From: Jimgerdemannia flammicorona
Taxonomy: Eukaryota
DNA length: 35,251 nt
Direction of reading: 5' to 3'
Assembly: GCA_003990765.1 (NCBI GenBank)
Contig: RBNJ01000256.1
Span: 1 to 35,251 of the forward strand
In this document: positions 35,117-35,251 of the stretch, piece after piece
Position numbering within the stretch: the stretch's first letter is position 1
How the letters are laid out: each line of letters begins with the position of its first letter
Position numbers and translations under genes: made by a program
Notes under the pieces: generated by a model
Database searches by the model: none
What the model was told of the DNA's origin: nothing
The model's input: only the letters and a program-made list of their open reading frames with translations

Positions 35117-35251
35117 ATAAACAGTACAACTAGAATCTTTTCTTTGAACGTCAATGGGCTAAGGGGGGCAAAACGGCGTAGAAACATTTTTAGCTGGTTG
35201 AAGGGTCTGGAGGCAGATCTCTTCCTATTGCAGGATGTGCGGTATGAGCCG
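35117..35251 (+). pseudogene. LINE ORF2 N-terminus (APE-like endonuclease); start codon is ATA (ATG in the left copy)
   Basis: INSTTRIFSLNVNGLRGAKRRRNIFSWLKGLEADLFLLQDVRYEP; L1 APE motif SLNVNGL...WLK...DxxxLQ. Confidence 0.85.

Larger units (their letters stand above)
33070..35251 (+). mobile_element. L1/Tx1-like non-LTR retrotransposon, 5' half; runs off the right window edge
   Basis: 5'UTR homologous to 2340-2535, then ORF1, then an APE-like ORF2 start. Confidence 0.9.

Noticed and set aside
1..35251. The two outward-facing LINE copies as terminal inverted repeats of one giant element
   Set aside because: They are clearly diverged, with many amino-acid changes, and both run off the window as ordinary LINE bodies. 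Independent insertions are the simpler explanation.

Overview
Eukaryotic, almost certainly fungal, repeat-rich DNA. A Crinkler-type NTPase/nuclease pseudogene hints at an early-diverging lineage such as Mucoromycota (inference). The window is a nest of decayed transposons. Two divergent L1/Tx1-like LINE 5' halves point outward at the window ends. Between them lie a Ngaro/DIRS tyrosine-recombinase retrotransposon, two related Copia relics, an 8.2-kb Ty3/Gypsy element with ~1.55-kb LTRs, and a second Gypsy gag relic. The Gypsy LTRs carry a ~314-codon ORF, and its RNase H holds a polyadenylated 1.2-kb retroposed insert with a 7-bp TSD. The older TE blocks are almost CpG-free and were inactivated mainly by C>T/G>A changes at CpG and CpA. 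CpG-rich islands between them hold a broken multi-exon low-complexity gene, a ~1.4-kb segmental duplication, and the most unusual feature: an array of 6-7 mutually homologous 83-89-nt units with spliceosomal-intron ends, separated by variable purine-rich spacers (9602-10551). No intact housekeeping gene, rRNA, tRNA or CRISPR array was recognised. All alignments and counts were done by eye.
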